The notes beneath the pieces were generated by a model, which saw nothing but the letters and a program-made list of their open reading frames with translations, had not been told where the DNA came from and did no database searches. The translations under genes were made by a program, and so were the position numbers. A stretch of DNA of 42,170 bases from a virus. Position 1 is the first letter of the stretch. Every line of letters starts with the position of its first letter. The stretch is from positions 1 through 42,170 of IMG/VR virus record IMGVR_UViG_3300045988_150219. The stretch is one strand, 5' to 3'. Positions 25,987-34,872 of the stretch are shown piece by piece.

Positions 25987-26427
25987 ATGAAGAACACCTA
26001 TTCAATTAAAGCAATCAAAGAATTTATTGACAACGTAATCACCAAACACAATATCGACCGCAACGAACTCGACAACCAAGGCGCAGTGTATTATTGCAAC
26101 GGCAATGATGGAACTGACTTTGATTTTGAATGTAACTACCGCACATGTGAATTCTATGTATATTGGAAGAACGGTGACGGTGCAATCAAAACCACTGTAA
26201 ACAGGGAAAACATCCATTGCTTCATTTACCCCCAAGACAATCCGTATGGCGGAGAATATAAAGAGGAATCTGTCCCGAGTCCCTTTGACCTTGAAGAACT
26301 CTGTGCATGGCTCCAAGGAACATTCGACGATAAGAATATTTGGGATATGGCAATCAAAGATTGGGAACTCACCGACATGGGATATGTCCCCAGTGACTGT
26401 GAAGACGATGAAGATGAGGAGTGGTAA
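25987..26427 (+). CDS. Early acidic hypothetical protein (146 aa)
   Basis: SD AAGGAGAT. D/E-rich with the C-terminus SDCEDDEDEEW. Confidence 0.65.
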   Translation: MKNTYSIKAIKEFIDNVITKHNIDRNELDNQGAVYYCNGNDGTDFDFECNYRTCEFYVYWKNGDGAIKTTVNRENIHCFIYPQDNPYGGEYKEESVPSPFDLEELCAWLQGTFDDKNIWDMAIKDWELTDMGYVPSDCEDDEDEEW

Positions 26428-26428
26428 T

Positions 26429-27109
26429 ATGGATATTCGTTTAACGATTCGCAAACTCCTGGCTCTGTCCAATAGCAGCAACGAAAATGAAGCACAGTCT
26501 GCCCTGACAAAGGCACAAGAATTACTGGCCAAATATCACCTGAGCATGGATGAAATCAAAGACGCAGATGTTGACCATAACGTCATTGAAGAAACAGCAG
26601 ATAGGAAAGCCCACAGAACTCCTTGGAAACATCGCTTGGGACGTGTAATCGGAACTAACTTCAAATGTGACACATTCATTCGGGGATACGATACATATGA
26701 GACAATATTCATAGGCAAGCGTGCCGACATCGATGTATGTAAGGAAGTCTACACATCAGCATTACGATTCATTGACTTTTATTTCAAGTCATTCTGGCAT
26801 AAGACATTGATGGAAAAGCCTTGGCTGAATCTTGCTGATAGCATCTCAATGAAAGCATCATATGCAAACGGATTCATTGACGCACTCAAAAACCGATTCG
26901 ACGAACAGAAAGTCCAGGCTGACCAAGAGGGCTGGGGATTGGTTCTTGTGAAAGATGCTGATGTGGTTAACTACATGAACACACAATACCCCAATTTGAG
27001 AACATCAGTGTCCAGATGCAATCGCTCCGACAGTAACGCATATTACCAAGGACATGAAGATTGTTCATCCAAGTTCGGTGACACAGGTGTCCGCAAAATC
27101 AAGAAATGA
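26429..27109 (+). CDS. DUF2786-like domain protein
   Basis: ATG 26429 follows the previous stop. The N-terminus IRKLLALSNSSNENEAQSALTKAQELLAKYHLS matches the DUF2786 pattern. The track start at 26246 overlaps the previous gene. Confidence 0.6.
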   Translation: MDIRLTIRKLLALSNSSNENEAQSALTKAQELLAKYHLSMDEIKDADVDHNVIEETADRKAHRTPWKHRLGRVIGTNFKCDTFIRGYDTYETIFIGKRADIDVCKEVYTSALRFIDFYFKSFWHKTLMEKPWLNLADSISMKASYANGFIDALKNRFDEQKVQADQEGWGLVLVKDADVVNYMNTQYPNLRTSVSRCNRSDSNAYYQGHEDCSSKFGDTGVRKIKK

Positions 27110-27121
27110 AAGGAAACTTGT

Positions 27122-27370
27122 ATGAGAGCAAAATTCTTATATGAAACAACAAACCAAGACGGCATAGTCGAATGGTGGTATGAATATCGTGGGTATGAGT
27201 ATTCAATTGAACCTTATAGCACGAATTGGCCATTATCAGAATTGCATAAGCATGAGAAAAGCAATATCGACGCAAAAATTGAGATGAGTGAAAAACAATC
27301 TCATTCGACTTTCAAGAGCGAATCCGCAGACAAGGGATTTGAACTCTTTTGGAAATATCTGGAGGAATAA
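27122..27370 (+). CDS. Hypothetical small protein (82 aa)
   Basis: ORF in the early operon. Confidence 0.55.
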   Translation: MRAKFLYETTNQDGIVEWWYEYRGYEYSIEPYSTNWPLSELHKHEKSNIDAKIEMSEKQSHSTFKSESADKGFELFWKYLEE

Positions 27371-27371
27371 A

Positions 27372-27668
27372 ATGACCAAACAAGAACAAGTGAAAGAAAT
27401 ACTTGAAGTCATTAAACATTGTAGTGATTACACAGACAGGGATTGCACAGAATGTGACTACCGTCTTTATGGGCATTGCCACAATCAAAAACAATGTGAA
27501 GCAGAAGCAATTTACAATGCGGGATACAGACAAACTCCCGACAATCTCGATTACCACCGATACAAAAAGGGATTCGAGAAGGCTTGCAAATTGCTATCTC
27601 GATACATGGATTTTGAGATTCCGGAAATACAAGAAAAATTGCTGTCTATGGCGGAGGAAGAGATATGA
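27372..27668 (+). CDS. Cys/His-rich small protein
   Basis: ATG 27372 has a GGAGGA SD. Carries CSDYTDRDCTECDYRLYGHCHNQKQC. Confidence 0.55.
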   Translation: MTKQEQVKEILEVIKHCSDYTDRDCTECDYRLYGHCHNQKQCEAEAIYNAGYRQTPDNLDYHRYKKGFEKACKLLSRYMDFEIPEIQEKLLSMAEEEI

Positions 27669-27820
27669 TTGTATATGTGAACAATACCCCGATACAATAC
27701 ATCAATAGGGAACGAGCATTACGAGTAGCCAAACAACACGACACAGTTGTGTTTGGACTTCCCCCAGAGGAGCCAAAATTCCAACTGAGATTTGTTTTTA
27801 TAAGAATTATAAGGAGATAA
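27665..27820 (+). CDS. Small ORF (51 aa), below the track's length cutoff
   Basis: ATGA overlap with the upstream stop. Fills the 27669-27823 gap. Hand translation gives MIVYVNNTPIQYINRERALRVAKQHDTVVFGLPPEEPKFQLRFVFIRIIRR. Confidence 0.4.
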   Translation: MIVYVNNTPIQYINRERALRVAKQHDTVVFGLPPEEPKFQLRFVFIRIIRR

Positions 27821-27823
27821 CAC

Positions 27824-28558
27824 ATGGAAAACTACACTGGCATTTTAAGACAACTTGACGCAGACGAACAAGAAGAAATGCGGAAGTACGATATGCGTAC
27901 TTCTATGAAGACTGATACGGCAGCCAAAACAATCCCCATCACCAACGAGATTATCATTCAAGGATGGTTCACATTCGCTCCGGAATACAGTCATACGAAT
28001 AACGGAGAAGAATTTTATACAGGAATCCTTGAAGTTCCAAGAGAGTCCGGAACTCACGATAAAATTCCCGTCACAATATCACAATTTTCAATCAATGAAA
28101 AACTCCAAACATACCAGACATACCGATTCAAAGGTGAGATTCGAACACGCAATATTCACAATCCCAATACGGATAGAATCGAACTTGAACTGACAGTATT
28201 TGTCACTGAACAACTTCCGGTTATTATGGGAGTTGATAACAATAAAGTGGAATTGGAAGGCTATGTATGTAAAGCCCCAATTGGGCGGAAAACCCCTTAT
28301 GGCAAGAACGTGTGTGACATTCTTTTGGCAGTTAACCGCAAATACAAGAAGTCAGATTACGTGCCATGCGTGACTTGGGGCAGATGTGCTATCAGGTCAG
28401 AACATTTTGATGTGGGCGATTGCTTGCATGTATATGGGAGACTTCAAAGCCGTGATTACATCAAAAGACATCCCGATGGGAGCAAAACCACTCATACAAC
28501 ATATGAGTTGTCAATATCCCGATTCGACTTGAAAGGAAACAACAGACATGATAAGTGA
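27824..28558 (+). CDS. SSB-like protein with two OB-fold-like halves
   Basis: Two similar segments: IIIQGWFTFAPEYSHTNNGEEFYTGILEV...KIPVTI and VELEGYVCKAPIGRKTPYGKNVCDILLAV...VPCVTWGRCA...VYGRLQSRDY. SD AAGGAGAT. Confidence 0.55.
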   Translation: MENYTGILRQLDADEQEEMRKYDMRTSMKTDTAAKTIPITNEIIIQGWFTFAPEYSHTNNGEEFYTGILEVPRESGTHDKIPVTISQFSINEKLQTYQTYRFKGEIRTRNIHNPNTDRIELELTVFVTEQLPVIMGVDNNKVELEGYVCKAPIGRKTPYGKNVCDILLAVNRKYKKSDYVPCVTWGRCAIRSEHFDVGDCLHVYGRLQSRDYIKRHPDGSKTTHTTYELSISRFDLKGNNRHDK

Positions 28559-28829
28559 TTTGGAGATTTTGTGCGAATCAATCGGCAGCGAGATTGATGA
28601 AATTGAAAGTGTAATTGAAAAATCACAAGGGTTGACCTCAGATGAGTTGAAGCAACTCCAAACTTGTCTGAAAAATCTTGCCCGATACAACGATTCAGTG
28701 TATCATGTGTATGAGTGTTGTCCAGACACAGAATCCCGAATCGGATTGTACGAGCAAATACTTGGGGAGAAGTTAACATGGCAAGAGAAACAAGAACTGC
28801 GAATCAAGCACCAAATAGACCTTCTGTAA
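28548..28829 (+). CDS. Hypothetical small protein (93 aa)
   Basis: ORF overlapping the SSB-like stop. Confidence 0.5.
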   Translation: MISDLEILCESIGSEIDEIESVIEKSQGLTSDELKQLQTCLKNLARYNDSVYHVYECCPDTESRIGLYEQILGEKLTWQEKQELRIKHQIDLL

Positions 28830-29128
28830 CAGCCACCAAACTGCGTCGATATTACAATTATATACGCAGGGAGCGAGAGTGGTATGCAGACAAATCTTTT
28901 GGATTTGAATGGGAATATTGCGACAAGTGGTTAGAATACGCTGATTTGTTGTTAGCCAAGACAAAACTCCTGCATTATGTCGTGTACGATTGTTACAAGA
29001 TTCAAGATTTGGAAGAACGCTCTGGTTTCAAGACCAGAAACATATTCAGAATCCTTGCAGTTGAAGTCGATTCTGTATATAATGCTCTCCTGAAATTTGA
29101 GGAGAAGTTCTACGATGAGATGTGTTGA
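28778..29128 (+). CDS. Hypothetical protein upstream of the sigma factor gene
   Basis: ATG 28778 is an internal start of track ORF 28715-29128. Confidence 0.5.
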   Translation: MARETRTANQAPNRPSVTATKLRRYYNYIRREREWYADKSFGFEWEYCDKWLEYADLLLAKTKLLHYVVYDCYKIQDLEERSGFKTRNIFRILAVEVDSVYNALLKFEEKFYDEMC

Positions 29129-29136
29129 GGAAGATT

Positions 29137-29667
29137 ATGTCACCAACAGAATTATACCAGAACAACCAGAATCTTGTGTATTATATATACAACAAATCAT
29201 TTGCGAGATTCCCACAGAACGACTTATACAAGGAAGACATAATACAAGATGGCATGACAGCCTTGTGGATGGCTTGTACAAGTTTTGACGAATCGAAAGG
29301 AATACAGCCTACAACATACATATATCCTTGGGTGTACTTCCGTATGTTACACCGAGCAATATATTACACCAAGCATCAGTCTGAAATGGTATCCCTTCAA
29401 TCAGTCATGATGACCAATGAAGAAGGAGAACTCACCCTTGAAGATTTGTTGATGTCCAACAATCAGTTTGAGGATGAAATATGCGTGAGATATTGTATTG
29501 ATATGTGTTGTAAAGACATGTCCCATAAGGAACGTCAAATCATGGAATTGTTGGCACAAGGATACACTCAGACGCAAGTCTCCAACCGCATCGGAATATC
29601 CCAAGCACAAATATCTCGAATTCTCAACAAGTTGCGTCGCAAACTCACGGAGGAACTTCAAGAATGA
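29137..29667 (+). CDS. Sigma-70-family (ECF-size) RNA polymerase sigma factor
   Basis: Region 2: DIIQDGMTALWMACTSFDESKGIQPTTYIYPWVYFRMLHR. Region 4 HTH: ERQIMELLAQGYTQTQVSNRIGISQAQISRILNKLRRKL. ATG 29137 has a GAGGAAG SD. Confidence 0.85.
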   Translation: MSPTELYQNNQNLVYYIYNKSFARFPQNDLYKEDIIQDGMTALWMACTSFDESKGIQPTTYIYPWVYFRMLHRAIYYTKHQSEMVSLQSVMMTNEEGELTLEDLLMSNNQFEDEICVRYCIDMCCKDMSHKERQIMELLAQGYTQTQVSNRIGISQAQISRILNKLRRKLTEELQE

Positions 29668-31349
29668 TACATATGGTTATTGATATTGAGACAACAGGTC
29701 TCAACCGATTCAAAGACAAAATCAACATAGCAGGAGTGTATGTTCCGGAATACGATTATTATGCATTCCCTCAGACTCCTAACCAGTTTATGGGACTGTT
29801 GGAAAACCTTCCGGAAAAGCCAACCATGTTGTGGGCAAATGGGAAGTTCGATACGCTGTTCTTGGAACAACAATGGGGAATCCCCAAGGAGTACTTGACC
29901 ATTGATGAAGACATAATGGTTCTTGCGTATTGTTTTGAGATGGGCAAGAGAAAGAGTCTCAAGGAATTGGCCAAGAGGCATTGCGGAGCGGAAGATTGGG
30001 ACATAAGCAAGAAGGAAAAAACACAAATGTCCCTGACACTTTTGGATTACAACAAGAAGGATTTGTATTACACATGGGAAGTCTGGAAAGAACTTATGCG
30101 CCTTGTACATGCTCATACAGAGAAAGACAGAATCCTGCGATTGTATTATGGGCTTGCCTTGCCGTCTTTTCGGATGTACCGAGATGTTGAGAGACACGGA
30201 ATGCATGTTGACACGGAAAAGATTCAGCAAATGCTTCCGGAGTATTATGCCAAGCGAGATTCTCTTGCAGAACAACTCAAATCCTATGCAGACATCAACT
30301 GGAACAGTTCATCCCAAGTGGCAAAAGTGTTCATTGACCAACTTCATATGCCCATACTCAAACGCACCGAGAAAGGCGCAGTGAGTATAGATGGGGAAGC
30401 ACTTGAAGACTATGCTTATATGGGATACGATGTTGCCAAGATTTTGGTTGAATACAAACAAGTTGTTCGAGATATTGGAATGTTCTTGGAGCCTTGGTTG
30501 GACAAATCCATAAACAGTCGTGTGTACCCCACGTTCAATATTGACACTGTGAGAACCGGAAGAACAAGTTGTTCAGAGCCGAATCTTCAACAAGTTCCAA
30601 GAGACAAAGCCTTGCGAACTCTGTTCAACGCCAAAGAAGGGTATGTTCTCTTTGAGGCAGATTACAGCCAAGTTGAATTGCGAATCGCTTGCCAATTTGC
30701 TAACGAATCTACAATGCACAAGGTGTATAACGAGAATGGCGACATACATACAACAACAGCCCAAGCCATAACAGGGAAACAAGAAGTGACCAAGGCTGAG
30801 AGAAGGGATGCCAAGGTTGTCAATTTTGGATTCTTGTATGGAATGTCTGCCAAAGGATTCCAGAATTATGCCAAGACAGGATATGGAATGAGAATAACCG
30901 AACAGCAAGCAACTGAAATGCGCAATCGTTATTTTGCGACATACCGAGATTTGCCTGTGTGGTATGAGCACCAAAAGGGTGTATGCAAGCGTGACGGCGG
31001 AGTGTACACATTATTTGGTAGATTCAGGGAATTGTCCGACATATATTCCAACAACTACAAACTCAAAAGCGGAGCGGAGCGTTGTTCATTCAATACCCCA
31101 GTTCAATCGACTGCGAGTGACATATTGCTATCCGCCGCCATTGAAATAAACGATTGTCTCCCCGATGTGGACATTGTATGTACAGTTCACGATTCTATCC
31201 TCATGGAAGTACCAGAGGCAAAGAAGGATGAATATCTGGAGCGAGTTCGCAACATAATGCTTCACCCCAAATTGCTGGATTTATTTGGTGTAAAATTGAA
31301 TGTGCCACTTGATGTTGACATAGGGGTTGGACCATGGGGAACACATTAA
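29664..31349 (+). CDS. Family A DNA polymerase with a 3'-5' exonuclease domain
   Basis: ExoI VIDIETTGL, motif A FEADYSQVELRIA, motif B RRDAKVVNFGFLYGMS and motif C VHDSILMEV. Confidence 0.95.
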   Translation: MIHMVIDIETTGLNRFKDKINIAGVYVPEYDYYAFPQTPNQFMGLLENLPEKPTMLWANGKFDTLFLEQQWGIPKEYLTIDEDIMVLAYCFEMGKRKSLKELAKRHCGAEDWDISKKEKTQMSLTLLDYNKKDLYYTWEVWKELMRLVHAHTEKDRILRLYYGLALPSFRMYRDVERHGMHVDTEKIQQMLPEYYAKRDSLAEQLKSYADINWNSSSQVAKVFIDQLHMPILKRTEKGAVSIDGEALEDYAYMGYDVAKILVEYKQVVRDIGMFLEPWLDKSINSRVYPTFNIDTVRTGRTSCSEPNLQQVPRDKALRTLFNAKEGYVLFEADYSQVELRIACQFANESTMHKVYNENGDIHTTTAQAITGKQEVTKAERRDAKVVNFGFLYGMSAKGFQNYAKTGYGMRITEQQATEMRNRYFATYRDLPVWYEHQKGVCKRDGGVYTLFGRFRELSDIYSNNYKLKSGAERCSFNTPVQSTASDILLSAAIEINDCLPDVDIVCTVHDSILMEVPEAKKDEYLERVRNIMLHPKLLDLFGVKLNVPLDVDIGVGPWGTH

Positions 31350-31365
31350 ACAGGAGGAAAATATC

Positions 31366-31584
31366 ATGTCAAAACTTATTGTAACATTTGGGGATTTGCC
31401 CCGAGTCGTAAAACGCACACAAGGCAAATCAAGTTGCTGGGAGTGTAAACACTGTCAGAAGAAGCACAGTATGCGGGGTGGAAACACATATTTTTGTGAT
31501 GCTCGTCCCGGAGTAGATATGTTCACAAAAAGGAATTTCCCTTGGGACAACACCAGTTGCGGTTGTTATGAAGAAGATGAATAA
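31366..31584 (+). CDS. Cys-rich small protein (72 aa)
   Basis: SD CAGGAGGAAA. Carries CWECKHCQKK...FCDA...SCGC. Confidence 0.55.
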   Translation: MSKLIVTFGDLPRVVKRTQGKSSCWECKHCQKKHSMRGGNTYFCDARPGVDMFTKRNFPWDNTSCGCYEEDE

Positions 31585-31978
31585 CCAAGAACGTGGAAAA
31601 TCATTCGAGATTGAATTCTGTGAGTATCTTCAATCACAAGGTTATTGGGTGCACTACATGAATCCATCCAGAACAGGTGCACAACCATTCGACATATTGG
31701 CGTTACGAGATAACGACATAATGTGTTTCGATTGCAAGACTCTTGCTGGTTCCCGATTTCACTTGAATCGGATTGAGCCCAATCAAGAATTGGCATTCAA
31801 GTCGTTGAATGCTCATGGAATACAAAACACATATTTTGTTATTGCCCATAAGGGTGGGTGGAGTTTATTTCCTTCCCAATCCCTGTTGGCTGAAAAGGAT
31901 TCCGGAACAAGGAGCGTGAAAGTTGATGACCCAATGTCACATATCTTCCAAGTTATTGATAGAAAACTGTCCAAATGA
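31568..31978 (+). CDS. PD-(D/E)xK Holliday-junction-resolvase-like nuclease (Hjc-like)
   Basis: ERGKSFEIEFCEYLQSQGYWV...PFDILALRDNDIMCFDCKT fits the E...D...(D/E)xK pattern. Confidence 0.6.
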   Translation: MKKMNNQERGKSFEIEFCEYLQSQGYWVHYMNPSRTGAQPFDILALRDNDIMCFDCKTLAGSRFHLNRIEPNQELAFKSLNAHGIQNTYFVIAHKGGWSLFPSQSLLAEKDSGTRSVKVDDPMSHIFQVIDRKLSK

Positions 31979-33317
31979 GATTATAACTTGGGCGCATCAG
32001 AATCTTGAGTATGACAATCCCGAGTTCTACAAAGCCCAACGCATGAACAAGTGGACAGGCAACATTCCGGAGCAGATTGTACTTTGGGAAAGAATTGGTT
32101 CCGGACTTGTGCTTCCCTATGGTGTATGTAGAGAGTTGTTTCAGCGATTCGGAGGAATGCTCCAAGCGATTCCGCATATGTCAATTGGGGAACACGTTGA
32201 CTATCAGAGTCACATCAAGTTGTATGATTATCAAGAATGGGCAGTTCGACAAGCCCAACAAAACCCGAATGGTGTAATTGTTATGCCTTGCGGAGCAGGC
32301 AAGACTCAAACTGCGCTTGAACTCATATCCCGAATCGGTCTCCGGACTCTCTGGATTACTCATACACACGAACTGTTGAACCAAAGCAAGAAACGAGCCG
32401 AGGACTGTTTTGACATCAATCCTGACACTATGGGAACGATAACATCAGGCAAGATTGATGTTGGGACAAGTATAACATTTGGGACTGTTCAGACTCTTGT
32501 GAGCGTTGATTTGAGAGACTATAAGGATTACTGGGATGTTATTGTGGTGGATGAATGCCATAAGGCGGTTGGAACACCAACCAAATTGATGATGTTCTAC
32601 AAGGTTGTGTCACAACTCAACGCACCATATAAAATCGGTATCACAGCAACACCCAAGCGGTCAGACGGATTGGAAAGAAGTATGTTTGCTCTGTTGGGTG
32701 AGCCCATATGTGAGATTCCCCAGAGCGCAGTGAACTCACACACTGTTCCTGTCATGGTTCAACGAATCGACACTGAATACTATCCCAACATACACAATCC
32801 CAAGATATTCAATATGGATGGAACACTCAATTATGTCGGATTGACTAACGAGATTTGTGCGGATTCGGAGCGGAATGCCCTGATATGTGACGTGTTGTCC
32901 CGATTGGATAGCCCTTGCTTGGTGCTTTCAGATAGAGTTGAGCATTTGAAGCAACTACAATCCATGCTGGGTGAAGGGGTTGTCATATCTTCTCAAGACG
33001 TGAAAAAAGCCGATAAGGAAAACAGGAAACAATCCATGGGAATGCTTAACTCCGGACGGATTCGTTATTTGTTTGCGACCTATCAATTGGCCAAGGAAGG
33101 CTTGGACATACCCACATTGAAATATGTGGCGTTCACCACACCCAAAAAAGACAGCATAACAGTTATTCAGGCATCAGGCAGAGTGAGTCGTCAAGCCCCA
33201 GGCAAGACCCAAGGCTGTGTATTGGATTTTGTAGACTCCCGATTCAGCATGCTGGACAATTATTGGAAGTGCAGACAACGAATATATCGTTCCAAAAAAT
33301 ACAAAATTGTACAATAA
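31923..33317 (+). CDS. SF2 DNA helicase (DEAD/DEAH, ResIII-like)
   Basis: Motif I MPCGAGKTQTA, motif II VVDECHK, motif III GITATP and motif VI QASGRVSRQ. Confidence 0.85.
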   Translation: MMTQCHISSKLLIENCPNEIITWAHQNLEYDNPEFYKAQRMNKWTGNIPEQIVLWERIGSGLVLPYGVCRELFQRFGGMLQAIPHMSIGEHVDYQSHIKLYDYQEWAVRQAQQNPNGVIVMPCGAGKTQTALELISRIGLRTLWITHTHELLNQSKKRAEDCFDINPDTMGTITSGKIDVGTSITFGTVQTLVSVDLRDYKDYWDVIVVDECHKAVGTPTKLMMFYKVVSQLNAPYKIGITATPKRSDGLERSMFALLGEPICEIPQSAVNSHTVPVMVQRIDTEYYPNIHNPKIFNMDGTLNYVGLTNEICADSERNALICDVLSRLDSPCLVLSDRVEHLKQLQSMLGEGVVISSQDVKKADKENRKQSMGMLNSGRIRYLFATYQLAKEGLDIPTLKYVAFTTPKKDSITVIQASGRVSRQAPGKTQGCVLDFVDSRFSMLDNYWKCRQRIYRSKKYKIVQ

Positions 33318-33322
33318 AATAC

Positions 33323-33351
33323 TTTACTTTTTGAAAAATCAGGAATATAAT
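33323..33351 (+). promoter_or_regulatory. Conserved sigma-A-type promoter P2
   Basis: TTTACT (33323-33328), a 17-nt spacer, then TATAAT (33346-33351). It starts 6 nt after the helicase stop. Confidence 0.65.
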
Positions 33352-33375
33352 CATAGCAGAATGGAGGCAACTACA

Positions 33376-34371
33376 ATGCTGTATAAACAATCGGATGTGC
33401 CATATTGTGGCGTATCTTATGACAACATTCAGAATTCAAATCCCCAAATAAACAGGAATAATTTTGGGATTCTGTATTATTACATTCAAGAACGATACAA
33501 AATACATGTATTGAAGGACGTGTATGGCGTTCAACCACCTTGGACCAAAGACCCAATCTTGTACAAATACCGATTTACCAACATTCGACGAGAACATGAC
33601 CGTGAGACACGGTGGCTTGCTAACAACATATGCCTTAACTCGATGGACGTTGAGAACAAAATTGCGAACATCATACTGTTTCGCATGATAAATAAAAGTT
33701 CCACCTGTCAGCACTTTATGCCTTTGGATTTTGGGCAACCGATAAACTGGGAACCCATAATAGCCGTTAACAACTCTGAACATGAAGGTGCTCTGTTCAC
33801 TAACGCATTTATGGTATCTGGTATGTTGTCTGGCTGCCGCAAGTTATTACAACAGCCCAAAATGGATGCATTGTATGCTGTTGTAGCCGTGGTGAAACAA
33901 TTCTGGGACAACGGGAAGATACACCATCTGGCATCCATACAAACGAATCCTCAAGAATGGTGTGAAGTTTTGAGGGGATTTGGTGCTATGGGGGATTTCT
34001 TAACATACCAAATATGGGTGGATTATACCTATTGTCCCGAATGTCCTTGGAGCGAAAATGAATTTGTCGTGGCAGGTCCAGGATGCAAAGCAGGATTGAA
34101 CTACATATTCACCGATAGGGGTGGTATGACTTATGAAGAGTGTTTATTCTGGTTGCGCAATAACTGGGATTCACTCTGTAAACAATACGGATTCAACTGG
34201 AATCCCAATGAACTGTTTATAGATTTGCCACCACACGACCGATACATGAATGTTATGTCATTGGAGAACTGCATGTGTGAGTTAAGCAAATACATGAAAG
34301 GATTGAACAAATCAGGAAGATTACGAGCAACATATGTATATCATGGAGGAGAAACACACAATGAAAATTGA
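33376..34371 (+). CDS. aGPT-Pplase-like protein (candidate DNA base-hypermodification transferase)
   Basis: PPWTKDPILYKYRFTNIRREHDRETRW, plus GDFLTYQIWVD and AGPGCKAGL. From memory these resemble the W-T-x-D-P-I-L-x-x-Y-R-F-x-N-x-x-R-E-x-D-R-x-T family of alpha-glutamyl/putrescinyl thymine pyrophosphorylase-like proteins. ATG 33376 has a GGAGG SD and lies downstream of P2. Confidence 0.45.
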   Translation: MLYKQSDVPYCGVSYDNIQNSNPQINRNNFGILYYYIQERYKIHVLKDVYGVQPPWTKDPILYKYRFTNIRREHDRETRWLANNICLNSMDVENKIANIILFRMINKSSTCQHFMPLDFGQPINWEPIIAVNNSEHEGALFTNAFMVSGMLSGCRKLLQQPKMDALYAVVAVVKQFWDNGKIHHLASIQTNPQEWCEVLRGFGAMGDFLTYQIWVDYTYCPECPWSENEFVVAGPGCKAGLNYIFTDRGGMTYEECLFWLRNNWDSLCKQYGFNWNPNELFIDLPPHDRYMNVMSLENCMCELSKYMKGLNKSGRLRATYVYHGGETHNEN

Positions 34372-34864
34372 TAGGGATTTGTTTTGTGAAGCACTTAATT
34401 TGGCACAAATGTACGCAGACAACAACAGCACATGCACCAAGACATCTGTTGGTTGCGTCATAATCAAATACGAAACAGAATACCACAATGGCGTTCTGCT
34501 GGGGATTGGCGCAAACAGCGGAGAAGAGAATTGCAAAGAACTCGGATGTTTACGTGTAAGCATGTACGGAGACAACAGCAAATCTCATCGCAGCACTTGC
34601 CGTTGTAAGCATAGTGAAATCAACGCTCTTGCATGTGCTGAATCCCAACACCGCAGCGTGAAAGGTGCTATGGCGTTTGTCACTCGTTATCCTTGCATCA
34701 ATTGCGCCAAAGCCTTAACCAAAGCAGGAATCAAGAAAGTCGTGTATGGGCGACAATTCCCCATTGAGGAAGAGACAAAACAATGGTTCGATTCGCATGG
34801 TGTGGAGTACTACCATATGAAAGATTGGGCAACTGATACAGTTATTCGTGACACAAACAACTGA
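34361..34864 (+). CDS. dCMP deaminase (cytidine/deoxycytidylate deaminase zinc-binding family)
   Basis: Zinc motifs HSEINAL and PCINCAKAL. ATG 34361 has a GGAGGAG SD and overlaps the upstream stop by 11 nt. Confidence 0.85.
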   Translation: MKIDRDLFCEALNLAQMYADNNSTCTKTSVGCVIIKYETEYHNGVLLGIGANSGEENCKELGCLRVSMYGDNSKSHRSTCRCKHSEINALACAESQHRSVKGAMAFVTRYPCINCAKALTKAGIKKVVYGRQFPIEEETKQWFDSHGVEYYHMKDWATDTVIRDTNN

Positions 34865-34872
34865 GGTGTATT

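Noticed and set aside
29658-30275. 205-aa minus-strand ORF inside the DNA polymerase gene, and similar antisense ORFs (634-1155, 26002-26532, 37844-38338, 38858-39331)
   Set aside because: They are antisense to genes with clear catalytic motifs. They have no SD and show no operon logic on the opposite strand.
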